Shown here: positions 29,746 through 39,007 of the stretch, in pieces
Layout of the letters: each line of letters starts with the position of its first letter
How positions within the stretch are numbered: position 1 is the stretch's first letter
From: an uncultured Anaerolineales bacterium
GTDB taxonomy: Bacteria > Chloroflexota > Anaerolineae > Epilineales > Epilineaceae
Assembly (NCBI GenBank): GCA_964651245.1
Contig: CAZYVI010000008.1
Location: 51,437-115,436 of the forward strand
Reading direction: 5' to 3'
Length of the DNA stretch: 64,000 nt
Notes under the pieces: generated by a model
The model's database searches: none
Told to the model about the DNA's origin: nothing
What the model saw: only the letters and a program-made list of their open reading frames with translations
Position numbers and translations under genes: made by a program

Positions 29746-31797
29746 TCAATCCCGCGCCAGCCGCGGCAGGTACAGCGTCGGGGCCGCCGGCGTCGGCGCG
29801 GGGGTCGGGGACGGGTCGCGGGCGACGTCGTCGACGAGCGTCCCGTCGTGGGCGATGCGGATGTGGCGGTTGCGGCCGATCGTCGCGCCGTCGAAGGTGC
29901 GGACCGTGCCGTCGGGGAACGTGACCGTCAGGGTGTAGCTGCAGTCGCGCGCGCCGAGGCCGAAGTGGAGGACCCGGGTGTCGGTCGAGTTGTAGGTCCC
30001 GCGGCCGGCCTTGACCTGGCGCGTGATCTGCTCGCCGCCGCCCGGCCCGCCCTCGCCGGCTGCATCCGCTCCCGCCCAGCGCAGCGTCACGCGCGCGCCG
30101 ATCGCGTCGCGGTTCACGGCCTCGCCGTCGCCGACGACGCGGACGGCCAGCCAGTCGTTGGCTTGGCCGATCGTGTTGCGGAAGAGATGGCCGCTCGAGG
30201 CGCCGGGGCCGCCGCCCAGCAGGAGGTCGAGGTCGCCGTCGCGGTCGTAGTCCGACCAGTTGACGTTGCCGGAGCCGCGCATCCGGGCCGCGGCCTCGGG
30301 GTCGGCGGGGTGGTTGATGCCGCTGGTGAAGCCGACGCTGGCGAACGTGCCGTCGTCGAGCTGGCGGTAGAGCCCGAACCAGCCCTTCTGGTCCGGCTCG
30401 ACGTACTGGGTGTTGGCGTCGTACTTGCGGTCGCGCGAGACGCCGACGTCGAGCCGGCCGTCGTTGTCGAAGTCGGCCAGCGCGGCGTCGATGTCGCCCT
30501 CGTTGTAGGGCAGCTTGCGCGCCTGCCAGGTGTTGCTGAACGCCCAGCCCGCGGCCGCGCCCTGGTTGATGAGGAGCTGCGACGGGTCGGCCCAGCGGCG
30601 CGTGAAGTTCAGGGCGTCGATCTCCTCCTGCGGCCAGCCGCGGTAGCCGGCCGGGATCTCGGTCGAGTGGGCGATCGTCGCCATCAGGAGGTCCATGTCG
30701 CCGTCGTTGTCGGCGTCGTCGCAGTCGACGCCGAAACCGTTCGAGCCGATCCACGTCTCGGGCGGACCGCCCTGCGGCTTCTTGCCGTACTCCATGTCCG
30801 CCCGCCACGTGTTGCCGCCCTCGAACGCCTCGACGCCGCGGGCGCGGGCCTCGTTCGTGAAGCGCCCCTGGCCGTCGTTGATCCAGAGGATGTTGTGGCC
30901 GCGCTCCACCGAGACGCCGTAGGTGGCGACGAAGATGTCGAGGTCGCCGTCGTCGTCGACGTCGCACGTCGTCGAGCCGTTGGACGGCCGCTGCGGGTTG
31001 CCGGCCAGGTCGACGCTGCGGTCGGTGAAGGTGCCGCTGCCGCTGCCGATGAACAGCTGGTCGGGCAGGGCGTAGCTCGTCTGGCCGTTGCCGACGAAGA
31101 TGTCGAGGTTGCCGTCGCCGTTGTAGTCGCCCAGCGCGGCGTTGCCGGCGCCCCAGTAGACGACGCCGGTGCTGTCGACGCCCGCCGGCACCTCGACGCC
31201 GCTGCGGGCGCGGACGGTGAAGTGGCCCTGGCCGTCGTTGAGCAGGATCTGGTGGGTCCGGGGCACCGACATGTCGTAGTGGTTGTGGATGTCGAGCCCG
31301 GCGAAGGCGTCCTGGTCGCCGTCGTTGTCGAAGTCGCCGAAGGCCATGTAGCCGGCCTGGACACCCTTGAGGCCGCTGGCCTCCGAGACGTCGCGGAAGG
31401 TGCCGTCGCCGTTGTTGCGCCACACCAGCCAGTCGAACGGCTGCGGGTTGGCGTCGCCGGCGCGGGTGCCCGGGAACATCGTCGGCGCCGCGATGTCGTC
31501 CCAGCCGTCGCCGTCGATGTCGACCCAGCGCACGCGCGGGTGGGCGCGGGTGCCCGGCGGCAGGACGGCGGGCTTGATGCCGCTGGCGATCGAAACGTCC
31601 TCGAAGAACGGCGCGGCGGGCGCCGTGAGCGGCCGCACCGGGCAGGCCTGGACCGCCGGCGCCGCCACGGCCGGACCGTGCGGCGCGCGGTCGCGCCCGG
31701 CCGTTCCGGCGGCATGCGCCACGGCGGCGGCCGCGACGAGCGCCGCGGCGGCGGCGGCGCGGCGGCGAGCGGGGGAAGCGGGGCGGGCGGCGGTCAT
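29746..31797 (-). CDS. Secreted CRTAC1/ASPIC-UnbV FG-GAP-repeat protein
   Basis: Multiple DxDxDGDxD Ca-binding repeats. C-terminal NDWLAVR...NRDAIGARV...LHFGLG (ASPIC/UnbV-like); ends TLYLPRLARD. Confidence 0.88.
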   Translation of the reverse strand: MTAARPASPARRRAAAAAALVAAAAVAHAAGTAGRDRAPHGPAVAAPAVQACPVRPLTAPAAPFFEDVSIASGIKPAVLPPGTRAHPRVRWVDIDGDGWDDIAAPTMFPGTRAGDANPQPFDWLVWRNNGDGTFRDVSEASGLKGVQAGYMAFGDFDNDGDQDAFAGLDIHNHYDMSVPRTHQILLNDGQGHFTVRARSGVEVPAGVDSTGVVYWGAGNAALGDYNGDGNLDIFVGNGQTSYALPDQLFIGSGSGTFTDRSVDLAGNPQRPSNGSTTCDVDDDGDLDIFVATYGVSVERGHNILWINDGQGRFTNEARARGVEAFEGGNTWRADMEYGKKPQGGPPETWIGSNGFGVDCDDADNDGDMDLLMATIAHSTEIPAGYRGWPQEEIDALNFTRRWADPSQLLINQGAAAGWAFSNTWQARKLPYNEGDIDAALADFDNDGRLDVGVSRDRKYDANTQYVEPDQKGWFGLYRQLDDGTFASVGFTSGINHPADPEAAARMRGSGNVNWSDYDRDGDLDLLLGGGPGASSGHLFRNTIGQANDWLAVRVVGDGEAVNRDAIGARVTLRWAGADAAGEGGPGGGEQITRQVKAGRGTYNSTDTRVLHFGLGARDCSYTLTVTFPDGTVRTFDGATIGRNRHIRIAHDGTLVDDVARDPSPTPAPTPAAPTLYLPRLARD

Positions 31798-31883
31798 CGA
31801 TTCCTCCACGGTCGCGCGGCGCGGTGCCTCGACCGGCGCGGGCGGGCGAGGCGGCTAGGATATCGCGGTTGGCCGGGCGCGGG

Positions 31884-33179
31884 CTAGTCGGTCGGCGGCC
31901 GGCGGAGGGCCGCGCCGCCGCCGTCGACGCCGGCTGCGTCGACGACGCGCACGACGCCCGTCCGGCCGGCGATCTCCGCCGCCCGCTCGGGCCCCGCCGC
32001 GGCCGCGACGCGGTCGACGAGGATGCGCGCCACCAGGCCGATGCTGAGGCGGGCGTTGATCTCGCCGAGCGCATGCCAGCGCTCGACGCCGTCGGCGCCG
32101 CGCCAGCGCCAAGCGTCAACGCCGAACGCGCCGCGGTAGCCGAGCGCCGCCAGGGAGGCGCCGGCGCGGGCGTGGGCGGTGCGCAGTGCGGCGGACTCGC
32201 CCGGCCGAAGCGCCAGGACGCGCTCGATCGCCGCGTCGTCGCCGGGCGCCGGCATCGCCGCCGGGACGTCGACGCCCCGGAAGCGGCCATGGGCGTCGAC
32301 GCGCTGGCGATGAAGCCCGACGGTGTGGACAGCGCCCGCGGCATCGACGAAGCCGACGACGCCAGCGTCGGCGGTGCGGTCGAGCCAGGGCTCGACGACG
32401 GCTTCGCCGTGGCGGTGCAGGAACCGCGCCACGCGCGCCGCGGTCGCCGCGCCGAGAAGGTCGGCGTCGAGCCAGATCCGGTCGCGGCCGGCGGCCGAAC
32501 AGGCGGCTTTGACGACCCAGCGCCGGCTGCCGGTCACCGCCGCCACGGTGGCCTCGAGGGCATCGACGTGGGCCACGAGCGCGCCGGCGTCGTCGAACAC
32601 GGCCGCTCCGGGCGGCGTGCCGGGCAGGCCGGCGGCCGCCGCGAGCGCGACGCCGCGGTGGTTCGCACGGGCGGCGGCGAGCGGTGTGGGCGGCGCCAGC
32701 GCCCAGAGCGCATCGGCGCGCGCATCGCCGGTGTGCGGCGCCGTGCCGGCCGTCGCGTCGTCCGACACGAGCGGCCCGCCCATCGCCGCGCCCGTCGCGG
32801 CCACCGCCGCCCGCAGCGCCGCCACCGCCTCGGTCTCGGCCCAGGCCAGGACGCGACCGCTGGCCGGCGCGTTCGCCGCGTCCGATGCCACACCGCCGTC
32901 GCCCGGCCGCGGCCAGACGACGCACCGGCCGGCGGTGAGGGCGGGCAGGCCGGGCAGGTCGGCCAGGGCGACGCGATCGGCATCCGCGGGCGCGGCCGGC
33001 AGCAGCAGCACGTCGCCGTCGGCGGCGAGGGCGTTGAGGAGCAGCCCGAAGCGCGTGGCCGCCGCTCGTGCGGCGGGGGACAGCGGGGCCGCCGACCGGC
33101 GCAGGCCGAGCGTGCAGGCAAAGTCGGCCTCGGCGGCGAGGTTGGCGACGATGGCGGCGGGGGCTGGCGACGACGGCAT
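31884..33179 (-). CDS. ATP-grasp-like hypothetical protein
   Basis: WVVKAACSAAGR, VVEPW, FGVDAW and EINAR are ATP-grasp-type motifs; substrate unknown. Confidence 0.6.
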   Translation of the reverse strand: MPSSPAPAAIVANLAAEADFACTLGLRRSAAPLSPAARAAATRFGLLLNALAADGDVLLLPAAPADADRVALADLPGLPALTAGRCVVWPRPGDGGVASDAANAPASGRVLAWAETEAVAALRAAVAATGAAMGGPLVSDDATAGTAPHTGDARADALWALAPPTPLAAARANHRGVALAAAAGLPGTPPGAAVFDDAGALVAHVDALEATVAAVTGSRRWVVKAACSAAGRDRIWLDADLLGAATAARVARFLHRHGEAVVEPWLDRTADAGVVGFVDAAGAVHTVGLHRQRVDAHGRFRGVDVPAAMPAPGDDAAIERVLALRPGESAALRTAHARAGASLAALGYRGAFGVDAWRWRGADGVERWHALGEINARLSIGLVARILVDRVAAAAGPERAAEIAGRTGVVRVVDAAGVDGGGAALRRPPTD

Positions 33180-33237
33180 GGCGACGATCCCTACCGGTTC
33201 ACCACGGCAAGGCCGCGCCACCGCCCGACATCATCGC

Positions 33238-33352
33238 TGTAGGGGCACCCCTTGTGGGTGCCCTTCCGCAACCGGCGCACGCCGTTGGACGGCAACCGGC
33301 GCACGCCGTTGGACGGATAGACCAGGGCACCCACAAGGGGGGTGCCCCTACA
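33238..33352. repeat. GTAG-type REP pair (inverted) enclosing a 24-bp tandem duplication
   Basis: TGTAGGGGCACCCCTTGTGGGTGCCCT ... AGGGCACCCACAAGGGGGGTGCCCCTACA, with GCAACCGGCGCACGCCGTTGGACG x2 at 33268-33315. Confidence 0.8.
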
Positions 33353-33373
33353 GGGGGCATCGCGCGGCTGTCG

Positions 33374-34222
33374 TTAGCCACCACCGCCGCCCTGCGCGCG
33401 CGCCTTCAGCGTCGCCAGCGCCTCGCCACGGGCGTCGAGGTCGAGGTCGGTGGCGGCCAGGGCGTCGATGAAGGCTGCGTCGAGGCCGGCGGCGGCGCGG
33501 CCGGCGGCGTCGAAGCGGCGGCCGCGGGCCAGGGCCGGGCGCAGCGGCCAGTCGAGTTGCTGCTGCCATGCCTCCCACATCGAGACGCCGGGCGGCCGCA
33601 GCGCCGCCAGCCACTTCCAGCCCAGCGCGACGTGGCGGATCTCGTCGGCGTGCACCCGGTCGATCACCGCCGCCGACGCCTCGTCGCCGGCGGCGCGGGC
33701 CGCGGCGGCGGTGTCGAGGGTGTGGTCGAGGTTGGCGTTTTCCCAGGTGAGCGCCATCGCGCACAGGAAGCGCAGCGGGGTCGTGAACGACGGCGTCTTG
33801 GCCCAGAAGTAGTCGCTCACGGCGAAGTCGCCGAAGCGCCGGGAGTGGGCTTCGACGCGGGCGATGTACATCCGGGTGTGGCGCTGCTCGTCGACGAGGA
33901 CCGACAGCAGGTCGGCGCGCAGCGCGGGCGGGGCGTCGGGGAAGGCCAGCAACGCCCAGGCGTACAGTTCGACCGCCTGCAGCTCGTGGTTGGCCAGGGC
34001 GTGCAGGATGCGCACCCGGTGGGCCGGGTTGGCGAACCCCGCCAGCCCCGGCACCCGCGCCCGCCGCGCCGGCACCGGCACGAGGCTCGCCGGGCGTGCC
34101 GGCTCGGGCAGGCGCAGCGCCGGCCCGGGCGCGTCGTCGCGCAGGCCGCGCGGCGGCGGGGCGAGGCGGGCGTCGAGCGACGGCGTCGTCAGCAGGGCCA
34201 GGGCGAAGTCGCGCAGCTGCAT
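33374..34222 (-). CDS. Ferritin-like DUF455-family di-iron protein
   Basis: Start MQLRDFAL (ATG 34222). Motifs HALANHELQAVEL, DEQRH, WENANLD and DEIRH. Confidence 0.85.
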   Translation of the reverse strand: MQLRDFALALLTTPSLDARLAPPPRGLRDDAPGPALRLPEPARPASLVPVPARRARVPGLAGFANPAHRVRILHALANHELQAVELYAWALLAFPDAPPALRADLLSVLVDEQRHTRMYIARVEAHSRRFGDFAVSDYFWAKTPSFTTPLRFLCAMALTWENANLDHTLDTAAAARAAGDEASAAVIDRVHADEIRHVALGWKWLAALRPPGVSMWEAWQQQLDWPLRPALARGRRFDAAGRAAAGLDAAFIDALAATDLDLDARGEALATLKARAQGGGGG

Positions 34223-34629
34223 CGGACGGCCATCGTAGCCCGCGCGCGGTCGACCGGCCAGCACCGGGCCGCCGCGCACGCGGTCGGGCGCCGCCGCGGC
34301 GACGGTTGGGGCGACGGCTGGCGCGACGGTTGGGACGCTGGCCAAGCGTGGGGCGGCCGCCCGGCAGGCTGGACGGTCCGGCCGTAGACTGTGGTCGCGT
34401 TTTCTCCTCCTCACAGAGTGTTGAGCCGGACGGCACCCGCTGTCCGGCTCCCTCTGTTTAAGCCCTCGGCGGCGCTCGATTCCGTCCGGTCGGCCCGCAC
34501 GACGGCGGTCCATGCCGGTCGGTTCTAGCGGAGGTCTAGCGGCGGCCCCCCTGCCCGGACCCTTGGCCGCCCGCCCCGCATGGCTATCCTCGTCGCGTCG
34601 CGCCCGCCATCGCTCCGAGGAGCCGCCCG

Positions 34630-36666
34630 ATGCCGACCGACGCGCGCACGCGCAAGTTCCAGGCCGAGACCCGCAAGCTGCTGGACCTGATGATCCACAG
34701 CGTCTACGCCCGGCGCGAGGTCTTCCTGCGCGAGCTCATCTCGAACGCCTCGGACGCCATCGACAAGGCTCGCTACCTGGCGCTGACCGACCCGACGGTC
34801 GACCCGTCCGAGCCGTGGGGCATCCGGCTCATCCCGGACCGCGCGGCCGGCACGCTGACGATCCAGGACAACGGCATCGGCATGACCTACGACGAGGTCG
34901 TCGCCCACATCGGCACGATCGCGGCGAGCGGCACCGAGGCCTTCGCGCGCACGATGGCCGGCGGCGCGGCCGGCGCGGGCGACGACGACGCAGGGGACGC
35001 GGCGGGCGTCGATGGGGCGGACGCCGATGGGGCGGACGGGCGCGGCGAGCGGCCCGAACTCATCGGCCGCTTCGGCGTCGGCTTCTACAGCGCGTTCATG
35101 GTGGCCGACCAGGTCGAACTCGAGACGACGCGCCACGGCGCCGACCACGGCGTGCGCTGGACGTCGAGCGGCGGCGACGCGTACCGCATCGCCAAGCTGC
35201 CGCCCGGGCGGCGCGGGACGCGCATCACGCTGCACCTCAAGCCGATCGCGCGCGGTCAGGGCGCGGCCGAAGGCGACGGGGGCGATCCCCCGCAGGACTT
35301 CACCGATCCGGCCGTGCTGCGCGCCGTCGTCAAGCGCCACAGCGACTTCGTGGCCTTCCCGATCCGGCTCGACGACGGCACGCCGGACGGCCTGTCGAGC
35401 GAGCCGCTGAACTCGATGCAGCCGCTCTGGGCCCGGCCCAAGGCCGACATCGCCGACGAGGCGTACGACGACTTCTACCGCCACCTGACCCGCGACTGGG
35501 AGCCGCCCCTGGCGCACCTCCATGTCAAGGCCGAGGGCCAGCACGAGTACCAAGCGCTGCTCTACCTGCCGTCGCACGCGCCGTTCGACCTCTACCAACG
35601 CGACGGGCGCTGGGGACTGCAGCTCTACGCGAAGCGCGTCTTCATCATGGACGCCTGCCGCGACCTCATGCCCGAGCACCTGCGCTGGGTGCGCGGCGTC
35701 GTCGACAGCCCCGACCTGCCGCTGAACATCTCGCGCGAGACGGTCCAGGAGGACCGGCTCATCGGCGCGATCCGCCGCCACCTCACCCGCCGGGTCTACG
35801 ACGAGTTGGCGGCGTTGTTGGCCGACGACCGCGAGCGCTACGAGCGCTTTTGGCGCGACTTCGGTCCGGTCCTCAAGGAAGGGCTGCACCACGAGCCGTC
35901 CGACGCCGAGCGCCTGCGCGGCCTGCTCTTGTTCCGGTCGACGGCAGGCGACGGGCTGACGACGCTCGACGATTACGTCGGGCGCATGCCCGCCGGCCAG
36001 GCCGAGATCTACCACCTGAGCGGCGACGACGCGGCGCGGCTGCGCCATGCCCCGCAGCTCGAGGGCTTCGCCGCGCGCGGCATCGAGGTCCTGCTGCTGA
36101 CCGATCCGATCGACGAGCTCGTCATGGCGCAGCTCAAGGCCCACGCCGACCGCCTGTTCCGCTCGGCGGCCGAGTCCGACGTCGACCTGTCGGCCGTCGC
36201 GCGCCGCGCCGACGCCGCGGCGGACGGCGGCGCGGCGACAGGCGAAGACAGCGCCCTCGACGCGACCGCCGCCGACGGCGCGGCCCCGGACATCGCCCCG
36301 CTGTGCGACCGGCTGCAGGCGCTGCTGGGCGAGGCGGTGGTGGCGGTGCGGCCGTCCGATCGCCTGACGACGAGCGCCGCCTGCCTCGTGGTGCCGCCGG
36401 GCAGCCCGAGCGACCACCTGGTCCGGCTCATGAAGGCATTCGGGCAGGAGGTCGAGCCGGCCAAGCGCGTCCTCGAGCTCAACCCGCGCCACACCGTGGT
36501 CGCGGCGCTGGCCGCCCGTCTGGCCGCCGCGCCCGACGACGAGGCGCTGGCCGGCTACGCCGAGCTCCTGCTCGACAGCGCGTTGGTGGCCGAGGGCCAG
36601 CCGCCGCGCGATCCGGTCCGCTTCGCCCAGGGCATCGCCCAGGTCATCGCCGCCGCGGCGGGCTGA
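34630..36666 (+). CDS. htpG: Hsp90 chaperone HtpG
   Basis: FLRELISNASDA, DNGIGM, IGRFGVGFYSAF, GVVDSPDLPLNISRE and LELNPRH. Confidence 0.97.
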   Translation: MPTDARTRKFQAETRKLLDLMIHSVYARREVFLRELISNASDAIDKARYLALTDPTVDPSEPWGIRLIPDRAAGTLTIQDNGIGMTYDEVVAHIGTIAASGTEAFARTMAGGAAGAGDDDAGDAAGVDGADADGADGRGERPELIGRFGVGFYSAFMVADQVELETTRHGADHGVRWTSSGGDAYRIAKLPPGRRGTRITLHLKPIARGQGAAEGDGGDPPQDFTDPAVLRAVVKRHSDFVAFPIRLDDGTPDGLSSEPLNSMQPLWARPKADIADEAYDDFYRHLTRDWEPPLAHLHVKAEGQHEYQALLYLPSHAPFDLYQRDGRWGLQLYAKRVFIMDACRDLMPEHLRWVRGVVDSPDLPLNISRETVQEDRLIGAIRRHLTRRVYDELAALLADDRERYERFWRDFGPVLKEGLHHEPSDAERLRGLLLFRSTAGDGLTTLDDYVGRMPAGQAEIYHLSGDDAARLRHAPQLEGFAARGIEVLLLTDPIDELVMAQLKAHADRLFRSAAESDVDLSAVARRADAAADGGAATGEDSALDATAADGAAPDIAPLCDRLQALLGEAVVAVRPSDRLTTSAACLVVPPGSPSDHLVRLMKAFGQEVEPAKRVLELNPRHTVVAALAARLAAAPDDEALAGYAELLLDSALVAEGQPPRDPVRFAQGIAQVIAAAAG

Positions 36667-36763
36667 TCGCCGCGGACGGCGGCGGGCCGGGTGGATGGCG
36701 GTCGGGCCGTCCGTCGGGGTCGTCATCGACCGCCGCGCCGCCGCGGCGCTATACTCGCCGGCC

Positions 36764-37291
36764 ATGGACCGACCCGCCACCGGCGCCGCCCCGGCCGCCG
36801 ACCCGATGCGCGCGTTCGACGCCGAGGCCGCCGCCACGCTCGGACGGCTGGTCCGCGGCCACCGCCAGGCGGCGCTGGCGACGCTCGACGGCGGCGCACC
36901 GCACGTGGCGATGGTGGCCTACGCGGCCGAGGCCGGCTTCGCCGGCTTTCTGCTCCATCTCTCCGACCTGGCGGCCCACAAGCGTCAGCTGCGCGCCGAC
37001 CCGCGCTGCGCGCTGCTGATCTTCGAGCCCGACGACCAGCCGTCCGTCGAGGTGCTGACCCGCAAGCGCGTGGCGCTTCAGTGCGTGGCGGCCGTGCTGC
37101 CCAAGGGCGACGAAGCCCACGCCGCGGCCAAGGCGACCTACCTGGCCCAGCTGCCCAAGCACGCCATGATGTTCGGCCTGGGCGACTTCGACCTGGTCCG
37201 GCTGACGCCGAGCGGCGGGCTCCTCAACGCCGGCTTCGGCCAGGCCTACCGCCTGACGCCCGACGACCTGGCGGCGGCCGCCGCGGCATGA
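36764..37291 (+). CDS. Pyridoxamine 5'-phosphate oxidase-like / HugZ split-barrel protein
   Basis: AALATLDGGAPHVAMV...HLSDLAAHKRQL...MFGLGDFDL. TATACT lies 8 nt before ATG 36764. Confidence 0.8.
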   Translation: MDRPATGAAPAADPMRAFDAEAAATLGRLVRGHRQAALATLDGGAPHVAMVAYAAEAGFAGFLLHLSDLAAHKRQLRADPRCALLIFEPDDQPSVEVLTRKRVALQCVAAVLPKGDEAHAAAKATYLAQLPKHAMMFGLGDFDLVRLTPSGGLLNAGFGQAYRLTPDDLAAAAAA

Positions 37292-38850
37292 CGCGCCGGC
37301 GACGGCGCCGCCGCGCGGGCGCGGCCGCCCGGGCCGTCGCCGCGACATGCGCCGCCGCGCTGGCCCTGGTGCGACCGCCCGGCGCCGACCCGGCCCGGTC
37401 GCACGCCCTCGACACCCCGCCGCCCTCGCCGCTGGCGTTGCCGATCGCCCTCGCCGGCCGCTGGCCGGCCGGCTCTCTCCCGACCGCCCCGGCGGCCACC
37501 GCCACGTCGATCCCGCCGACGCCCCTCCCCGCGATGACGGCGACGCCGACCGACCCGCCCACCCCCACCGGCTCGCCGTCCCCGACGTCGCCGACGCCCG
37601 TGGGCGGCCCGCGCCCGTGGCCCGACACGACCGACGGCGTCCACGTCTTCAACGACCAGATCGTCGGCCTCGGCAACCTGTCCGAAGCCCAGATCCGGTT
37701 CGCCGCGTCGCGCTACGTCGGGACGCAGAAGATGACCCGGCGCGACGCCGATCGGCTGCGGGCGCTCGATCCGGGCTTCTTGATCCTCCACTACCGGCTC
37801 GGCCTCGGCCTCGGCTACCGCGTCGCCGAGGCCGACTGCGCGCCGACGGGCGGCTTCATCCAGATCGTCGACGGTGACCGCTGGGTCGAGGAGTGGCCCG
37901 GCGACCGCGTCGTTCGCGCACCGTGGTTCTTTCCGTGGGCCGGAGCGTCGCGCGTGTACTTCTGCGACTTCGGCTGGTACCTGATGGACGTCGACGATGC
38001 CGACTACCGCGCGTGGTGGACGGCTGAGGTGATGCACCAGCTGGTCGCCAACGACGACGACGCGCTGTTCGCCGACTCGGTCTCGGTGCCCAGCTTCTTC
38101 GGCGCCGACCACTGGCGGCCGCACTTGCCGGTGATCGACGCGGCGTTCGAGGCGGACTGGTCGCGCCGGATCGACGACTGGCTGGCGCACGTCAAGGCGG
38201 CGTTCGGCGAGCGCTACCTGCTGCTCCCCAACGCAGGCAGCTGGGTCACGACGCGCGACGCCACGTCGTACGCCGCCGCGGACGGCGTGATGATCGAGGG
38301 CTTCGCGATGTGGGCGCCGGGACGGCGGTTCGACGTTGGCGACTGGCGGCTGCAGATGGACCGCGTCCTTGGGCTCGCCCGGCGGCGCAAGGTCGTGATC
38401 GCCCAAGCCTACCCGCGCGGCGACGGCAGCCCCGCCGACGTCGACGACCGGCTGTTCGCGCTGGCGTCCTACCTGCTGGTCAAGGGTCGGCGCAGCTACC
38501 TCAACCTCGAGACCAGCCCGCGCGTCGAGTGGTGGCCCGAGTACGAGGTCGACCTCGGCCCCTACCTCGACGAGCCGCCGGCGCGCGTCGATGCGCTGCT
38601 CGAGGGCGCCGGCGGCGACTCGCCCGGCCTGTACGTCCGTCGCTACGCGCGCGGCCTCGTCGTCGTGAACCCGTTCGAGCGACAGCAGTCGCTGGATCTC
38701 GGGCGGACGATGTGGGCGGTGACGCCCGTCGGCGGCGGCGAGGTGCCGGCGGACGGACGAACGGACGGGTGGCGGATCGCGGTCGACCCCGTACAGCGGA
38801 TCGACGTGCGCCCCGGCGGCGCCGACGTGTTGCTGTACGCGGAGCCGTAG
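37288..38850 (+). CDS. Secreted putative glycoside-hydrolase-like (GHL15-type) protein
   Basis: ATGA overlap with the previous gene. Arg-rich signal, LALPIAL motif, Pro/Thr linker, then a TIM-barrel-like domain (ILHYRLG, WYLMD, DALFADS, DGVMIEGF, YLLVKG). Confidence 0.6.
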   Translation: MTRRRRRRRAGAAARAVAATCAAALALVRPPGADPARSHALDTPPPSPLALPIALAGRWPAGSLPTAPAATATSIPPTPLPAMTATPTDPPTPTGSPSPTSPTPVGGPRPWPDTTDGVHVFNDQIVGLGNLSEAQIRFAASRYVGTQKMTRRDADRLRALDPGFLILHYRLGLGLGYRVAEADCAPTGGFIQIVDGDRWVEEWPGDRVVRAPWFFPWAGASRVYFCDFGWYLMDVDDADYRAWWTAEVMHQLVANDDDALFADSVSVPSFFGADHWRPHLPVIDAAFEADWSRRIDDWLAHVKAAFGERYLLLPNAGSWVTTRDATSYAAADGVMIEGFAMWAPGRRFDVGDWRLQMDRVLGLARRRKVVIAQAYPRGDGSPADVDDRLFALASYLLVKGRRSYLNLETSPRVEWWPEYEVDLGPYLDEPPARVDALLEGAGGDSPGLYVRRYARGLVVVNPFERQQSLDLGRTMWAVTPVGGGEVPADGRTDGWRIAVDPVQRIDVRPGGADVLLYAEP

Positions 38851-38865
38851 GCGCCCGGTACGGGA

Positions 38866-39007
38866 TGTAGGGGCACGGCATGCCGTGCCCTTCCGCCCGC
38901 CCAACAGCGAACGTGGGATCGGACGAGGGCACGGCATGCCGTGCCCTTCCGCCCGCCCAACAGCGAACGTGGGATCGGACGAGGGCACGGCATGCCGTGC
39001 CCCTACA
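38866..39007. repeat. GTAG-type REP cluster: three 20-bp palindromes at a 56-bp period
   Basis: GGGCACGGCATGCCGTGCCC x3 with two identical spacers; termini TGTAGGGGCAC / GTGCCCCTACA. Confidence 0.85.

Noticed and set aside
38866-39007. Possible mini CRISPR array
   Set aside because: The two spacers are identical, the repeats are perfect GTAG-type palindromes, and no cas genes are present. It is better explained as a REP cluster.
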